Below are positions 18,918 through 29,407 of a DNA stretch of 64,000 bases, piece after piece; within the stretch, counting starts at the first letter, position 1; the number at the start of each line of letters is the position of its first letter. This DNA comes from Spirochaetia bacterium. Its GTDB lineage: Bacteria > Spirochaetota > Spirochaetia > CADAEX01. The DNA is taken from positions 2,912,001-2,976,000 of the forward strand of contig OY759746.1 of NCBI GenBank assembly GCA_963662795.1. Reading direction: 5' to 3'. Below the pieces are notes generated by a model. It worked only from the letters and a program-made list of their open reading frames with translations, had not been told where the DNA came from and did no database searches. The position numbers and the translations under genes are program-made.

Positions 18918-20684
18918 TCAGTAAAGCCCTTTTACTTTTCCTGTTTTTGTATCTATATCAATCCTTCTGAAAGCAGGGTCTGAAGCTGTACCAGGCATCA
19001 GTTTTATCTCACCGGCTACCGGCACCACAAATCCTGCCCCCCTGTAAACCATAATATCCCTGATGGGAAGGGTCCACCCGACAGGCCTGTTTTTAAGTTC
19101 AGGATCATGGGAAAGGCTCAGGTGGGTTTTTACCATGCATGAGGCAAGTTTTGAAAGAACCGGATCTTTTTCAATTTTTTCAGCTTTCTTCTTTGCTGCC
19201 TCTGTATAAGTTACTCCGTCAGCTCCGTATATCTCGGTGGCTACCTTGTATATCTTTTCACGAAGCGGTGCGTCATCATCATAGAGAAAACTGAAATTAT
19301 TTTTATCATTGCAGGCGTCTATTACAGCGTCAGCAAGTTCAATAGCTCCTTCCCCCCCATACTGCCAGTGCTTTGATACTGCACATCTTGCGCCTGCATC
19401 TGTACATGCTTTTTTTATTACGGCAATTTCTTCATCATCGTCTGTTGCAAAGTGATTTATGCATACGACAGGTGAAATGCCGCTTTTCTTTACCGCTTCA
19501 AGGTGGGCCATCAGGTTATCAAGTCCTTTTTCGACAAGGTGAGTATTTTTTTCTGTATAAGTACTGTCAAGAGGCTTACCCGGAACAACACGCGGGCCTC
19601 CTCCGTGCATCTTGAGGGCCCTTACCGTACACACAAGAACAGCGCAGTCGGGTGAAAGGTTGGAAAAACGGGATTTGAGGTTCCAGAATTTTTCAAAACC
19701 GATATCGGCTCCAAACCCGCTTTCAGTAACATGATAATCTGCAAGTTTTAAGCCGATCAGATCGGCAATTATTGAAGACTGTCCTATCGCGATATTTGCG
19801 AAAGGTCCTGCATGAACAAGGACAGGCTGGCCTTCAATAGTCTGCATAAGATTGGGGTTAATCGCTTTTGACATTATGGCAGTCATTGCTCCGTCTACTT
19901 CAAGATCTGCAGCTGTTACAGGGTTTCCGTGTTTGTCATAAGCTATAACCATTTTTGCGATTCGCCGCCTTAAATCCTCAAGGCTTACAGCGACGGCAAG
20001 TATTGCCATCAGCTCTGATGATACAGTTATCTGAAAACCGCTTTTCATCATGAAGCCGTCCATTTTTCCGCCTATCCCGATTATTATGTCGCGAAGTGCC
20101 TGCGCGGAAAGGTCGATGGCCCATCCCATTGCCGGGTTCCTTGGGTCTATATCAAGTCTTTTAAGATTCTTTTTCCCGAGCATTTCATCTGAATAATTAA
20201 ACTCATGCTGCATTCTTGAGGTAAGAGCTACCATGGCAAGGTTATGCGCGTTTGTAATCGCATCTATATCGCCGGTCAGGCCCAGGCTGAACTCTGTAAG
20301 CGGAATGCACTGCGCGAGGCCTCCTCCTGCCGCAGATCCTTTAACATTGAATGTCGGCCCTCCGGACGGCTGACGGATTGCGCCTATTACTTTTTTCCCT
20401 TTTTTCCCGAAACCCTCGACAAGACCCATAGTCGTTGTTGTTTTGCCTTCTCCAAGCGGGGTGGGGGTAATTGCTGTTACCTCTATATATTTACCGTTTT
20501 TTACATGTTCAAGTCTTTTAAGGATACTCATGTAATCCAGTTTACCGATATAGTGCCCGTAGGGAAGAAGCTCCATTTTCTCAAGCTCCATCTCCCCGGC
20601 AAGAGTATATACCGTCTTCATATTTTCCGCTGCTGCTTCTGCTATTTCCCAGTCTTTCATCGAGACGGGATCAAGTTTTCTCAT
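18918..20684 (-). CDS. fhs: Formate--tetrahydrofolate ligase
   Basis: [45 protein letters not shown] and KTHLSLS. Confidence 0.97.
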   Translation of the reverse strand: MRKLDPVSMKDWEIAEAAAENMKTVYTLAGEMELEKMELLPYGHYIGKLDYMSILKRLEHVKNGKYIEVTAITPTPLGEGKTTTTMGLVEGFGKKGKKVIGAIRQPSGGPTFNVKGSAAGGGLAQCIPLTEFSLGLTGDIDAITNAHNLAMVALTSRMQHEFNYSDEMLGKKNLKRLDIDPRNPAMGWAIDLSAQALRDIIIGIGGKMDGFMMKSGFQITVSSELMAILAVAVSLEDLRRRIAKMVIAYDKHGNPVTAADLEVDGAMTAIMSKAINPNLMQTIEGQPVLVHAGPFANIAIGQSSIIADLIGLKLADYHVTESGFGADIGFEKFWNLKSRFSNLSPDCAVLVCTVRALKMHGGGPRVVPGKPLDSTYTEKNTHLVEKGLDNLMAHLEAVKKSGISPVVCINHFATDDDEEIAVIKKACTDAGARCAVSKHWQYGGEGAIELADAVIDACNDKNNFSFLYDDDAPLREKIYKVATEIYGADGVTYTEAAKKKAEKIEKDPVLSKLASCMVKTHLSLSHDPELKNRPVGWTLPIRDIMVYRGAGFVVPVAGEIKLMPGTASDPAFRRIDIDTKTGKVKGLY

Positions 20685-20798
20685 ATATATTGACTCCTGA
20701 ATTGTGCAAATAAGTTTTGGATGTAATTATAAACTAAAAGAGCGCCTTGCAACAACCATATAGAAAGATATTTGCTTTTTAAGCGGAAAAGAGTTTTA

Positions 20799-21664
20799 AT
20801 GGATAAATTACTGCTGATTGCAGATGATAACGAATCAGTACGCATATTGCTTGAATCAACTCTGAAAAAATGACAAATACAGTTGACCGGGCATTGAAAT
20901 TTGCGGAACTAAAGTATAATTCACGAGAGCAGGATAAACTTCTTTCCGCGAATCTTTGTATTGCATCGGAATTCCAAAAGGTACTCCTGAAATTTCCAAT
21001 GCCGGAAAGCTGTCATTTTGATGCGGAAATAACCCGTAAATTCGCAAATGACCTTTATTTCGGGGGAGATTATTACGATATCTTCAACCTCGGTAACGAA
21101 GAATACCTGTTTATGCTCGGCGATGTCGCAGGACACGGACTTAAGGCTTTTTTTTACAGCGATACTCTAGGCACTAATTTTTCCGGAATATATCAAAGAC
21201 AATTCTTCAATATCCCCTGCATTGTTTCTTGAATGGCTCAATAACAGGTTTTTTGCCGCATTCAGGAATAATCCCGATCTTTTTATTGCATTTTCCGCCG
21301 GCCTTTTTAAGGCAACAGAGAAAAAATAATTTCTGCCAACGCAGGGCAGCCTCCATTTATAATCTGCGCGAACGGGATTATATCAAAACACGCAAATCCT
21401 GAAATCGCGATAGGCGCTGACGCTGATATTGTCTACTCAGAAACTGAAGTTTTGGTAAGTGCGGAAGATCTTGTTCTTATGTGCACAGACGGATTATATC
21501 CGGCAGGGAAAGCTGACATATCACCCGTGATGGAGGATTTTGACAGGCTCATAGTAAAAAGCTGTAAATCTCCTGATTTTAACAGAATTTTAATGAATGC
21601 GGTAAACGAAAGAGGCAGGTTTTCAGAGGATGATGCAACCCTCATGAGCATAAGAGTGAAATAA
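20799..21664 (+). pseudogene. Decayed response regulator + SpoIIE/PP2C phosphatase gene
   Basis: MDKLLLIADDNESVRILLESTLKK* (REC start), then fragments in different frames: FGGDYYD, LGDVAGHG, ANAGQP, MCTDGL and EDDAT. Confidence 0.8.
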
Positions 21665-21675
21665 AACCTGAATAA

Positions 21676-22731
21676 TTATTCGGCGACAATCCTGTTCCGT
21701 CCCTGATTTTTTGCTTTATAAAGAGCTATATCAGCCCTTCTTACAGGATCCATAAAATCATCATTTTCCTGAATCATGGAAATTCCGGCGCTGAATGTTA
21801 CTGAAATAGTGTTGTTTAAAAACTTTTTTTCCCCGATAGATAATCTGATGCGCTCAACTATTATCCTGGCCTCAGAAATATCTGTACAGTAAATTATAAT
21901 CAGGAATTCCTCTCCGCCCCATCTGTAAAAAATGTCCCCTGTCCGCAAAGCTTCCTTAATCATCCTGCTGAGTTCGCTTAAAACCCTGTCACCGGTTTCA
22001 TGCCCCCATTTGTCATTAATCTCTTTAAAGTGGTCAATGTCTATCATGCAGAATGCCTTTTTGTTACACTCCGGTATTCCGGCAGTTGATTCAGAGAATT
22101 TACGCCGGTTGTAAGCGCCGGTCAGTGAATCCGTGTTTGCCTGTTTTTCAAGTTCACAGGAAAGCGTAATCTCCCTGTAGATAATCTTTGTAATAAAGTT
22201 AAGAGAAAGAATAAATATAATTCCGGTGTAAACTGCCTGATATATCTGATGCATTACATTAATGGTAATATATCCATGTGAGAGATATCCAAGATTAATA
22301 AAAATCTTTCCTCCAAATAACAATATGGCAAAAACATAGACCGTAATAAGCTGATATTTTCTTGTATGAACTGCACCGGCTGCAATAAGGACAAGAAACA
22401 TATGTACAAAAAACTGAATATCATTAAGCCTTAACATAAGTTCGAATGCTTTTAAATTTCCAAGTAAAATCATCAGGTTTATTGTCAGATTTATCTTTCC
22501 TTTTTTCAGCAGCAGGAAAATCACTGGTAAAAGGACAATAAAAAACAAATTGAAAAATAGTTCTTTTGTTTCAACGCCTACAGTAATCAATTTTAAAGCT
22601 ATTGTGGCAAGAATATATGGTGTTAGCAGGGATAGAAAAACAAAGGTGTATTCTGTCTTTCTCTGGAGAAGGTAATCTTTATTTTTTTCTGATGGTAAAA
22701 AATATTTAAATATTTTTTTCAAAGAAGCCAC
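21676..22731 (-). CDS. Membrane diguanylate cyclase (GGDEF)
   Basis: About 6 N-terminal TM helices, DSLTGAYNRR, DIDHFK.IND.WGH, an RxxD I-site and RWGGEEF. Confidence 0.92.
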   Translation of the reverse strand: MASLKKIFKYFLPSEKNKDYLLQRKTEYTFVFLSLLTPYILATIALKLITVGVETKELFFNLFFIVLLPVIFLLLKKGKINLTINLMILLGNLKAFELMLRLNDIQFFVHMFLVLIAAGAVHTRKYQLITVYVFAILLFGGKIFINLGYLSHGYITINVMHQIYQAVYTGIIFILSLNFITKIIYREITLSCELEKQANTDSLTGAYNRRKFSESTAGIPECNKKAFCMIDIDHFKEINDKWGHETGDRVLSELSRMIKEALRTGDIFYRWGGEEFLIIIYCTDISEARIIVERIRLSIGEKKFLNNTISVTFSAGISMIQENDDFMDPVRRADIALYKAKNQGRNRIVAE

Positions 22732-22872
22732 ACTATATAAAGTTTATTAAAGAATATTTATTCATGCCTTTTTAGTCAATAATAAGAATTATTTTATTAC
22801 TATATAAAGAATCACCTTCCCTTTCCGGATTCATACTTGACAGCTGTAAAAAGATAATCAAGAATTATTGTT

Positions 22873-23172
22873 ATGGAAAATAATGATTTTAAAAAATCAC
22901 TCAGACAGCTTAGCACAGCTCTGGCCTTGACTGATGATCAAAAACTTATTGAGGAATTTCTCGGGAGCATACTTACACCGAATGAAATATCGGAAGTTGC
23001 CGCCAGATGGGCTCTTGTCCTTCAAATATATGGCGGAAAAAGCCAGCGAAAAATTTCTGAAGACCTGGGATTAAGCCTTTGCAAGATTACCCGCGGGTCA
23101 AGAGAACTAAAGAAAGAGAATTCCCCTTTTAAAAAAATGATTGAAAAATGGATTGAGGCAGATAAAGCTTAG
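22873..23172 (+). CDS. trpR: Trp repressor family protein
   Basis: ILTPNEISEVAARW and SQRKISEDLGLSLCKITRGSRELK helix-turn-helix typical of TrpR/YerC. Confidence 0.85.
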   Translation: MENNDFKKSLRQLSTALALTDDQKLIEEFLGSILTPNEISEVAARWALVLQIYGGKSQRKISEDLGLSLCKITRGSRELKKENSPFKKMIEKWIEADKA

Positions 23173-23195
23173 CAATTAAGAATACTCTTTAAAAG

Positions 23196-23978
23196 TTAAT
23201 TTAAAGCTGAATCAATCCAGTCAGAAATAAGAATAACTGCTTTTTTCTTTTCCGTTCCTTTGAAAATCATGTGTTTACTGCTTTGAAGCCTCTCTTCATC
23301 GAGGATTCCCGGATTGATTCTTTTTTTTATTATATCACCGGCTTTTACCGGTACTGTAGTATCTGATTTTGATAAAAGCAGAAAAGTCCTGCATTTCAAC
23401 GTCGAAAGCCTTTTTTTCGCCTCTCCCTGTAGTTTTAAAATCGCATATGCAGCTTTGGGCCAGTCGAAAGACCAGTATTCCTTTTTCAAAAATGCCTCAA
23501 AATCGTTTTTCGCTTCCGCTTTTTTCTTTCTTCTCATTTTTTTTATAAAAAGCATCATTATTGGAGAAAGATGGATCTTGATCCTTCTTTTATTGGTTAT
23601 AGCAGGAGCTACGAGAACAAGGGCATCGGGAGAGAAAACTGAAGCAGCAATTATTGCCAGCAGCCCTCCCATTGAAAAACCGGCAATAACAACTTTTTTA
23701 TACCTGCCGTTAAATTCCGCACAGGTATCAAATGCTTTTCTTAGCCAATCCTTTCCGTCAACAGTAAGAAAATCATCTCCTGATGTTCCGTGGCCCGGCA
23801 GCCGTGGCACGGAGACAGTATACCCCCTGCTGTTGAGTTCTCCGGCAAGAGGGGCAACATCATCAGGGCTGCCAAGATAGCCGTGAAAGATTATCACAAC
23901 CTCATCGCCCCCCTTGAGAAATAGCGGCATCGCTTTTTCATGTATAAAAACCGATTTTTTGATTCCGGGAGTCTCCAT
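23196..23978 (-). CDS. Alpha/beta hydrolase (carboxylesterase, YvaK-like)
   Basis: FHGYLG, RLPGHGT, GFSMGG nucleophile, D..V and SKH; the ORF could start at 24029. Confidence 0.85.
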   Translation of the reverse strand: METPGIKKSVFIHEKAMPLFLKGGDEVVIIFHGYLGSPDDVAPLAGELNSRGYTVSVPRLPGHGTSGDDFLTVDGKDWLRKAFDTCAEFNGRYKKVVIAGFSMGGLLAIIAASVFSPDALVLVAPAITNKRRIKIHLSPIMMLFIKKMRRKKKAEAKNDFEAFLKKEYWSFDWPKAAYAILKLQGEAKKRLSTLKCRTFLLLSKSDTTVPVKAGDIIKKRINPGILDEERLQSSKHMIFKGTEKKKAVILISDWIDSALN

Positions 23979-24057
23979 AATTACGGAAAATATAAATATT
24001 AACAGGATAAAAGTAAATCTGGTTGACATACCTTTTTTTGCCTATTATTTTGTTTTT

Positions 24058-24861
24058 ATGGAATTTAATAATAGCATTTTTGTTTTTCATCTTGTAAAAC
24101 CTGACGGCAGGGAAATATACCTTCATCCTTTTGAGGAATTTGATAAAATAATTGCAAAGGGGGGTACTTTTCAGGTAGAAGGAAAGTACGGAGAAGAACC
24201 TGTAATAGAAAGCATTACAGCTTTCAGGAATACGCTTTACAGGATTGTAGAAGAATCTGTCAATAACTGGATTACAGAATCCAGATTTATTCCCAGGTTT
24301 TTAAGTTCAGCAGCATTTTTTCTGCTTGTGTATTTTTTTCTTTCTTTCGTCATAAGGGATCCCATCCCGATGATTGATGAAATTGCCGGGGGGATTGCTG
24401 CAGCTGTTCTACTGTATCTTTTTTTGGGCAGAAAATACAAAAAAACAGGGACAGCTTCAAAATTAAGGGCACACTACAGGGGAATAATTGACAGGATTAT
24501 TTTCAGGGAAAGTAGTTTTGCCATTGCTTTTGAAAAAGTTCTCAAAGAAGCAGAAGGGAAGAATATTGAAGAGATGATCGCTGCAGTCAATAATTCGAAT
24601 CATTTCCAGCAGCTTGTCTCTGAAGAGAACAGGCTGGAACGTTCACAGCTTATTTCTTATATAGAGAGAGGCATAAAGAAACAGCTTACTTCAGGACAAA
24701 AAAAGGTGTTGAACAAAATCTTGCTTAAAGGATTTGAAAAAAGCAGTTCCAGCCTGAAAGATCTTGACCCTGTCTCCATGACAGGAGATATAGATATATA
24801 TATTGTTATTGTTTATCTCTCTCTTAAACAGGGCAGATATCAGCAGCTGATTTCAGAGTAG
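24058..24861 (+). CDS. Hypothetical membrane protein (spirochete-type)
   Basis: Long ORF with two TM segments around RDPIPMIDE; the upstream ORF extension overlaps the divergent gene. Confidence 0.65.
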   Translation: MEFNNSIFVFHLVKPDGREIYLHPFEEFDKIIAKGGTFQVEGKYGEEPVIESITAFRNTLYRIVEESVNNWITESRFIPRFLSSAAFFLLVYFFLSFVIRDPIPMIDEIAGGIAAAVLLYLFLGRKYKKTGTASKLRAHYRGIIDRIIFRESSFAIAFEKVLKEAEGKNIEEMIAAVNNSNHFQQLVSEENRLERSQLISYIERGIKKQLTSGQKKVLNKILLKGFEKSSSSLKDLDPVSMTGDIDIYIVIVYLSLKQGRYQQLISE

Positions 24862-24910
24862 GTAAAATAAAAGCCGGAAGTACTAAAAAATTAAACAGCA
24901 GGCAGACTTC

Positions 24911-26140
24911 TTATTCAACAGTCTGAATTGACTGCATCTCGTCAAGAAGTTCCATTGTCTTCCTTACCGTAATAAGATTTGCAACTGCCGGGGTAAAGCC
25001 GGGATCAAGCTCAATCGCTTTTTCCCAGTTGGCGGCAGCTTCTTCCAGATTGCCTTCAGAATATGCCATGAGCCCTTTTATGTAGTATCCGTCTACTTCT
25101 CTGGCAAGAAGATCTCTGCCCTGGTCCCCGAGATTAAGGGAAGAGGCAAGGCTGAATCTGTCAAGCCCGACCTGTGTTGTAAGGTCAAGCGTATAATTAA
25201 AATTAAAACTGATGTCTTCGAGATCAAGCCTGCTCCCGAGTGAAAATCTGGGATTTGAACCCCTGTACCTGAATCCGCTCTGGACAGAGAAAAAATCTGT
25301 AACAGTAACATCAACACCTGTCGCAAAGCTCATTTTTTCAGCCGGCTGTTCTGTCGGGTTCAGTGAAATCGGGTAAGTAATATCAAAAGCAAGTATCAGG
25401 GGGCGTACGGGTGAATAGGCAATTCCTGCTGCTGTTTCAAGCGGAAGGGGATCGTCCTGCGCATTAAGCCCGAGGTTTTTTAAAACAAGTCCAAAGGAAG
25501 TGTTTTTATCCCTTGAGCTGTAAAATTTGAGAAAATTAAATCGTGTAAGAGCGCCGAGATCCGCCATTACTGAATAGGCAGACTGGCCTGCATAAATATC
25601 CCGGGGTATGTTTCTATAGGCAAATTTGAGATTGCTTCCAACTGAGATTCCGTAATAATCATAATTGGAAAGGAAATTGTATGAAGTGTTAAGGATAACT
25701 ACGGATTCGGAATAATAGCCGCTTGACTGCCTTTCTCCCCAGGTATCATATTCTGTAAAAGGGACATAAAGGAATTTGGCACCTGCGCCGAAGCCTAAAT
25801 TATTCTTCCGTGATGTATAAACCACGCTTTCTATGTTTGTATCGGCAATCCAGTCATTGTGGTAGAAGGATAGCTCTGTATATTGAAGGCGGGCGCTTCC
25901 TGCCGGATTTGCTTCAATATAGCTTGCATCATCAGCCACTGCAGTAAATGCAGTACCCATTGCTTCAAAACGTCCTCCCATCGGAACTACAAGAGTTGGA
26001 AATGCAGTCAATCCTGTGTTGGGATCTGAAAGGGAATCAAGCATGCTGTCCGCATTATAGTAAAGATCGGATATATCCGCACTGTAGGTGAAATATAATG
26101 GGAAAACTAATAACAACAGTAACAATTTTCTTTTCAGCAT
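24911..26140 (-). CDS. UPF0164 family (FadL/PorV-like) outer-membrane protein with C-terminal TPR
   Basis: Signal peptide, GLTAFPTLVVPMGGRFEAMGTAFTAVADD..EANPAGS, FYHNDWIAD and a C-terminal TPR (AANWEKAIELDP). Confidence 0.85.
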   Translation of the reverse strand: MLKRKLLLLLLVFPLYFTYSADISDLYYNADSMLDSLSDPNTGLTAFPTLVVPMGGRFEAMGTAFTAVADDASYIEANPAGSARLQYTELSFYHNDWIADTNIESVVYTSRKNNLGFGAGAKFLYVPFTEYDTWGERQSSGYYSESVVILNTSYNFLSNYDYYGISVGSNLKFAYRNIPRDIYAGQSAYSVMADLGALTRFNFLKFYSSRDKNTSFGLVLKNLGLNAQDDPLPLETAAGIAYSPVRPLILAFDITYPISLNPTEQPAEKMSFATGVDVTVTDFFSVQSGFRYRGSNPRFSLGSRLDLEDISFNFNYTLDLTTQVGLDRFSLASSLNLGDQGRDLLAREVDGYYIKGLMAYSEGNLEEAAANWEKAIELDPGFTPAVANLITVRKTMELLDEMQSIQTVE

Positions 26141-26392
26141 CTTGATTGTTCTTACCTATAATAATAGCAAAAAAAATTAAAAAAATCGAGTATTTCTTTT
26201 ATCGGAATAATTTTAACAAAGAATGAATTCTGTATACAGGTGTGAAACTTCAGTCAGTTTCAAATTGTTTTATCATTGCCTGTTCCATGTATACCTTTTC
26301 CCGGATGAGCATTTTCTCTGTGCTTCAAAATGTTTAATTAGTGCCGATAATATGTTAGATTGTATAATAAAGGTTGGGCTGCGGCTTTAAAA

Positions 26393-29300
26393 ATGTTTAT
26401 AGACCAGAAAAAGTTGTTATTTTTTATCCTCTTTGCAGCTTTTCTTTTGGCCGGAGCATATTCCGGAGGAAAGAAGGAAGATGTATTGCCTGCAGCAAAA
26501 CAGCTTGTAGTGGAAAAAAAATACAGCGAAGCTGTCAAATTACTCGCAGAAGTTGTAAAAAATCAGCCTGAGCGCCTTGATGAAGTTGAATCGCTTATGG
26601 CTGTAATCAGAAGCGCAAGAAATCAGTACAATATTAACTACTCAAACCTTATTCAGCTGCTGAAAAAGGAGAACCTGACAGACCAGGATATTGCCGAAGC
26701 ATATAATCTGATAAATGAAATGGAGAAGATTGATGCAGCTCCTGACCAGGCTATAGTCAAGTCGTTTGAACAGGCAAGAAGAACGATTGTATTCCGGTAT
26801 AATGACCTGCAGTTCAGGGATATTATGGACAGGGCACTGGTCCTTCTTGATGAAAAAAAATACTGGGAAGCTCTTGCCCTTTACAGTTCTGCGGTCGGGC
26901 TTCACCGGGATTTCTTTGTGGAAGATTACACCGAAGAAGAGACAATTGCAGAAGCTGATGCCATGATTTCATCAATAAAAAACCTGATAAAGATACAGAT
27001 TGACAGAAAAAATGAATTTAATCTTGCAGTCATGAAAGCAGAGACGGAATCATCAAGAACTGATACCGGTACTCTCCGTCCCGGCGAATACAGTGATTTG
27101 ATAAGCATAATCGAAAGGATGGCTTTTATCAGGGAAGAGGCATCATCCGCAGCCATTGCTCTTGATCTAAAAAAGAACGAATTGCTGAAGGAAGGGGACT
27201 ACGATGTGCCTTATCTTTCAACCGTAAACAGGGTAATTACAGGAAGAAAAACGGTTGAAAAGGGTGAAGGAGTACTTGCTGCCATTGATTTTATCTGGAG
27301 CAATGCTGTAGATGAAAACTCCCTGCTGCTTTCATCTGCCGCAGATGATTTTTATAATAAGGGTGAGGCAGAATTTAAATCAGGCGCATATACAGAAGCG
27401 GAAAAGAGTTTATTCCTTGCCAGAGACAGAAGGCAAAACGAATATACCCTGATTGGCCTTAAAGGTTACAGCATAACCCCAGCAAATGGCCTTGAATTAT
27501 CTGAAAATGATGTCAGAAAAATATATAATTATATGCCTCAATATCTTGAATCGGAAAAGATGATGAAAGCGGGGGGGGATTATGCAACCCTTTCCCAGAT
27601 AATGCAGAGAATATCAGTAATCGAAAAAAACTATCCTGAAGAAAAAGAGTTTTCTAAACTGCTTACTTTCAGGGAACAGATAAAGGCTGACAATACAATT
27701 ATCTCCATAAACCGGAAGGCCTGGGAGGAAAATGAAGCTTCACTTTTAAAACTTGAAAGTAATTCATTTAAAGTGGCAGGACTGCTTGACCTTTCAATAC
27801 AGATGAAAGAACTGTTCGGGAATTACATGCAGAAATTTAATGATCTTGCAATTTCCGTAACAAGAACAGGTTTTGATCTGGTTTATAAACCGCTTTCGTC
27901 CGATCTGGAAACAGAAAAAGATAACGCGGGAAAAGGATTTGAAATGGTTGATGGTTCTGTTAAAACCATAGGAATCGGCGATACAGCCTACACCGCAAAT
28001 ATTAAGTATCCCGGGCAGGCGGTAGTCATTTTCAGGGATACGCTTGGAAATATCGCTGTTACTGAGGGAGAATTCAGGAATCTCAAGGCACTGATTACAG
28101 ATTTGGGAAGCAGCACCGTTTCCCATCCAATAATCGCGGAAAGCAGGAGCAATACGGATAATGCGTTATCGGAAATAGATTTGCTGAAGGGAAAGATTAA
28201 ACAGTATCAGCTAAGCGCTGAAGAACTGCTTACCCAGGCTGAAATATACAGGAACCAGGGCAACAGATATCTCGCAGAATCGAAGCTCAATCTTGACAGG
28301 CTTAATTTTAATCTTGCCAGGGAAAAACTGCAGCTTGCAAGGGAAGGCTATCTTAATTCACTTACCTATAATGAAGATCCCCAGCTGCGCAGTAATTCGG
28401 ACAGGGAAATTGCCGCAATTTCGGAACAAATAGTTCGTCTTCAGACAAGAGTGGTTGTCGAAACAGTAAGAAAAAACCTTGTTCTTGCAAGGGATTACTA
28501 TGCCAGGGAAAGATTCGGTGATGCTGAAAACCTGCTTATTAACTCCCAGACTATGTGGAGAACTGTAAATACAGAGGATAATCAGGAAATTGAATACTGG
28601 CTTAATCTTATCCAGACCGCCCTTTCTGTAAGATCCGGGAGATTTATCGCAGAAACAGACCCTCTGTATAATGAAATGACCCAGGTTCTGAATTTAGCGC
28701 GAAGTGATTACGCGAAAGCAGTCGCTGCAGATAAGGCCGGAAACAAGGCGGAAATGCTTAAGTCACTGGCATCTGCTGAAGAGAAACTGCGTTATGTAAA
28801 CATTCCTTTCCCCTTAAATCAGGAAGCAAGCGTTCTTTCCCTTAAAATCCTCAATCTGAAAGATAAGGAAAATTTCAATATCCTGTTTAAGGAGAAATAC
28901 GACCTCGCAGTACAAAGGATAGATGTTAATCCTTCTGAATCATATATAATGTTAAAAGACCTTCAGGTTATAAATCCTTCCTGGCCCGGAATTAATCAGA
29001 CAATATACAGAACAGAAATAAAACTGGGCATCAGAACTCCTCCTCCTGACCCTGCAAAAATCAGGGAAGCGGAAACCCTTTACCAGAGAGCATACGCAAT
29101 TGTCTTAAGCAATGTAAGAAGCAATTACCCGACTGCGCTCGAATATCTTAACAGGGCTTTCGAGATGAATCCTGACAGTACAAAAATTACGACCCTCAAG
29201 GACAGGGTCCAGTCTGAAATGGGCGGATCGACTCTTGTGGTTCTTTCCAGTTACGCACAGCAGCAGTACAGGCTGGCGGAGCAGGAATTTATAAATGGAA

Positions 29301-29407
29301 ATTACTATGCATCTCTTGCAATAGTTGAAAAACTGCTGCAGGATAAGAAAAATAAAAACTATTCACCCCTTGTCGAACTGAAGAGGAGGATTGACTCCAA
29401 AATATGA
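26393..29407 (+). CDS. Large exported TPR/alpha-solenoid protein (Treponema TP0855-like)
   Basis: N-terminal signal peptide, about 1000 aa predominantly helical with TPR-like repeats; overlaps the next gene by 4 nt. Confidence 0.7.
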   Translation: MFIDQKKLLFFILFAAFLLAGAYSGGKKEDVLPAAKQLVVEKKYSEAVKLLAEVVKNQPERLDEVESLMAVIRSARNQYNINYSNLIQLLKKENLTDQDIAEAYNLINEMEKIDAAPDQAIVKSFEQARRTIVFRYNDLQFRDIMDRALVLLDEKKYWEALALYSSAVGLHRDFFVEDYTEEETIAEADAMISSIKNLIKIQIDRKNEFNLAVMKAETESSRTDTGTLRPGEYSDLISIIERMAFIREEASSAAIALDLKKNELLKEGDYDVPYLSTVNRVITGRKTVEKGEGVLAAIDFIWSNAVDENSLLLSSAADDFYNKGEAEFKSGAYTEAEKSLFLARDRRQNEYTLIGLKGYSITPANGLELSENDVRKIYNYMPQYLESEKMMKAGGDYATLSQIMQRISVIEKNYPEEKEFSKLLTFREQIKADNTIISINRKAWEENEASLLKLESNSFKVAGLLDLSIQMKELFGNYMQKFNDLAISVTRTGFDLVYKPLSSDLETEKDNAGKGFEMVDGSVKTIGIGDTAYTANIKYPGQAVVIFRDTLGNIAVTEGEFRNLKALITDLGSSTVSHPIIAESRSNTDNALSEIDLLKGKIKQYQLSAEELLTQAEIYRNQGNRYLAESKLNLDRLNFNLAREKLQLAREGYLNSLTYNEDPQLRSNSDREIAAISEQIVRLQTRVVVETVRKNLVLARDYYARERFGDAENLLINSQTMWRTVNTEDNQEIEYWLNLIQTALSVRSGRFIAETDPLYNEMTQVLNLARSDYAKAVAADKAGNKAEMLKSLASAEEKLRYVNIPFPLNQEASVLSLKILNLKDKENFNILFKEKYDLAVQRIDVNPSESYIMLKDLQVINPSWPGINQTIYRTEIKLGIRTPPPDPAKIREAETLYQRAYAIVLSNVRSNYPTALEYLNRAFEMNPDSTKITTLKDRVQSEMGGSTLVVLSSYAQQQYRLAEQEFINGNYYASLAIVEKLLQDKKNKNYSPLVELKRRIDSKI

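Noticed and set aside
22800-22872. TrpR autoregulatory operator
   Set aside because: A TTGACA is present, but no match to the GTTWCTA-N4-TAGAAAC motif was seen.
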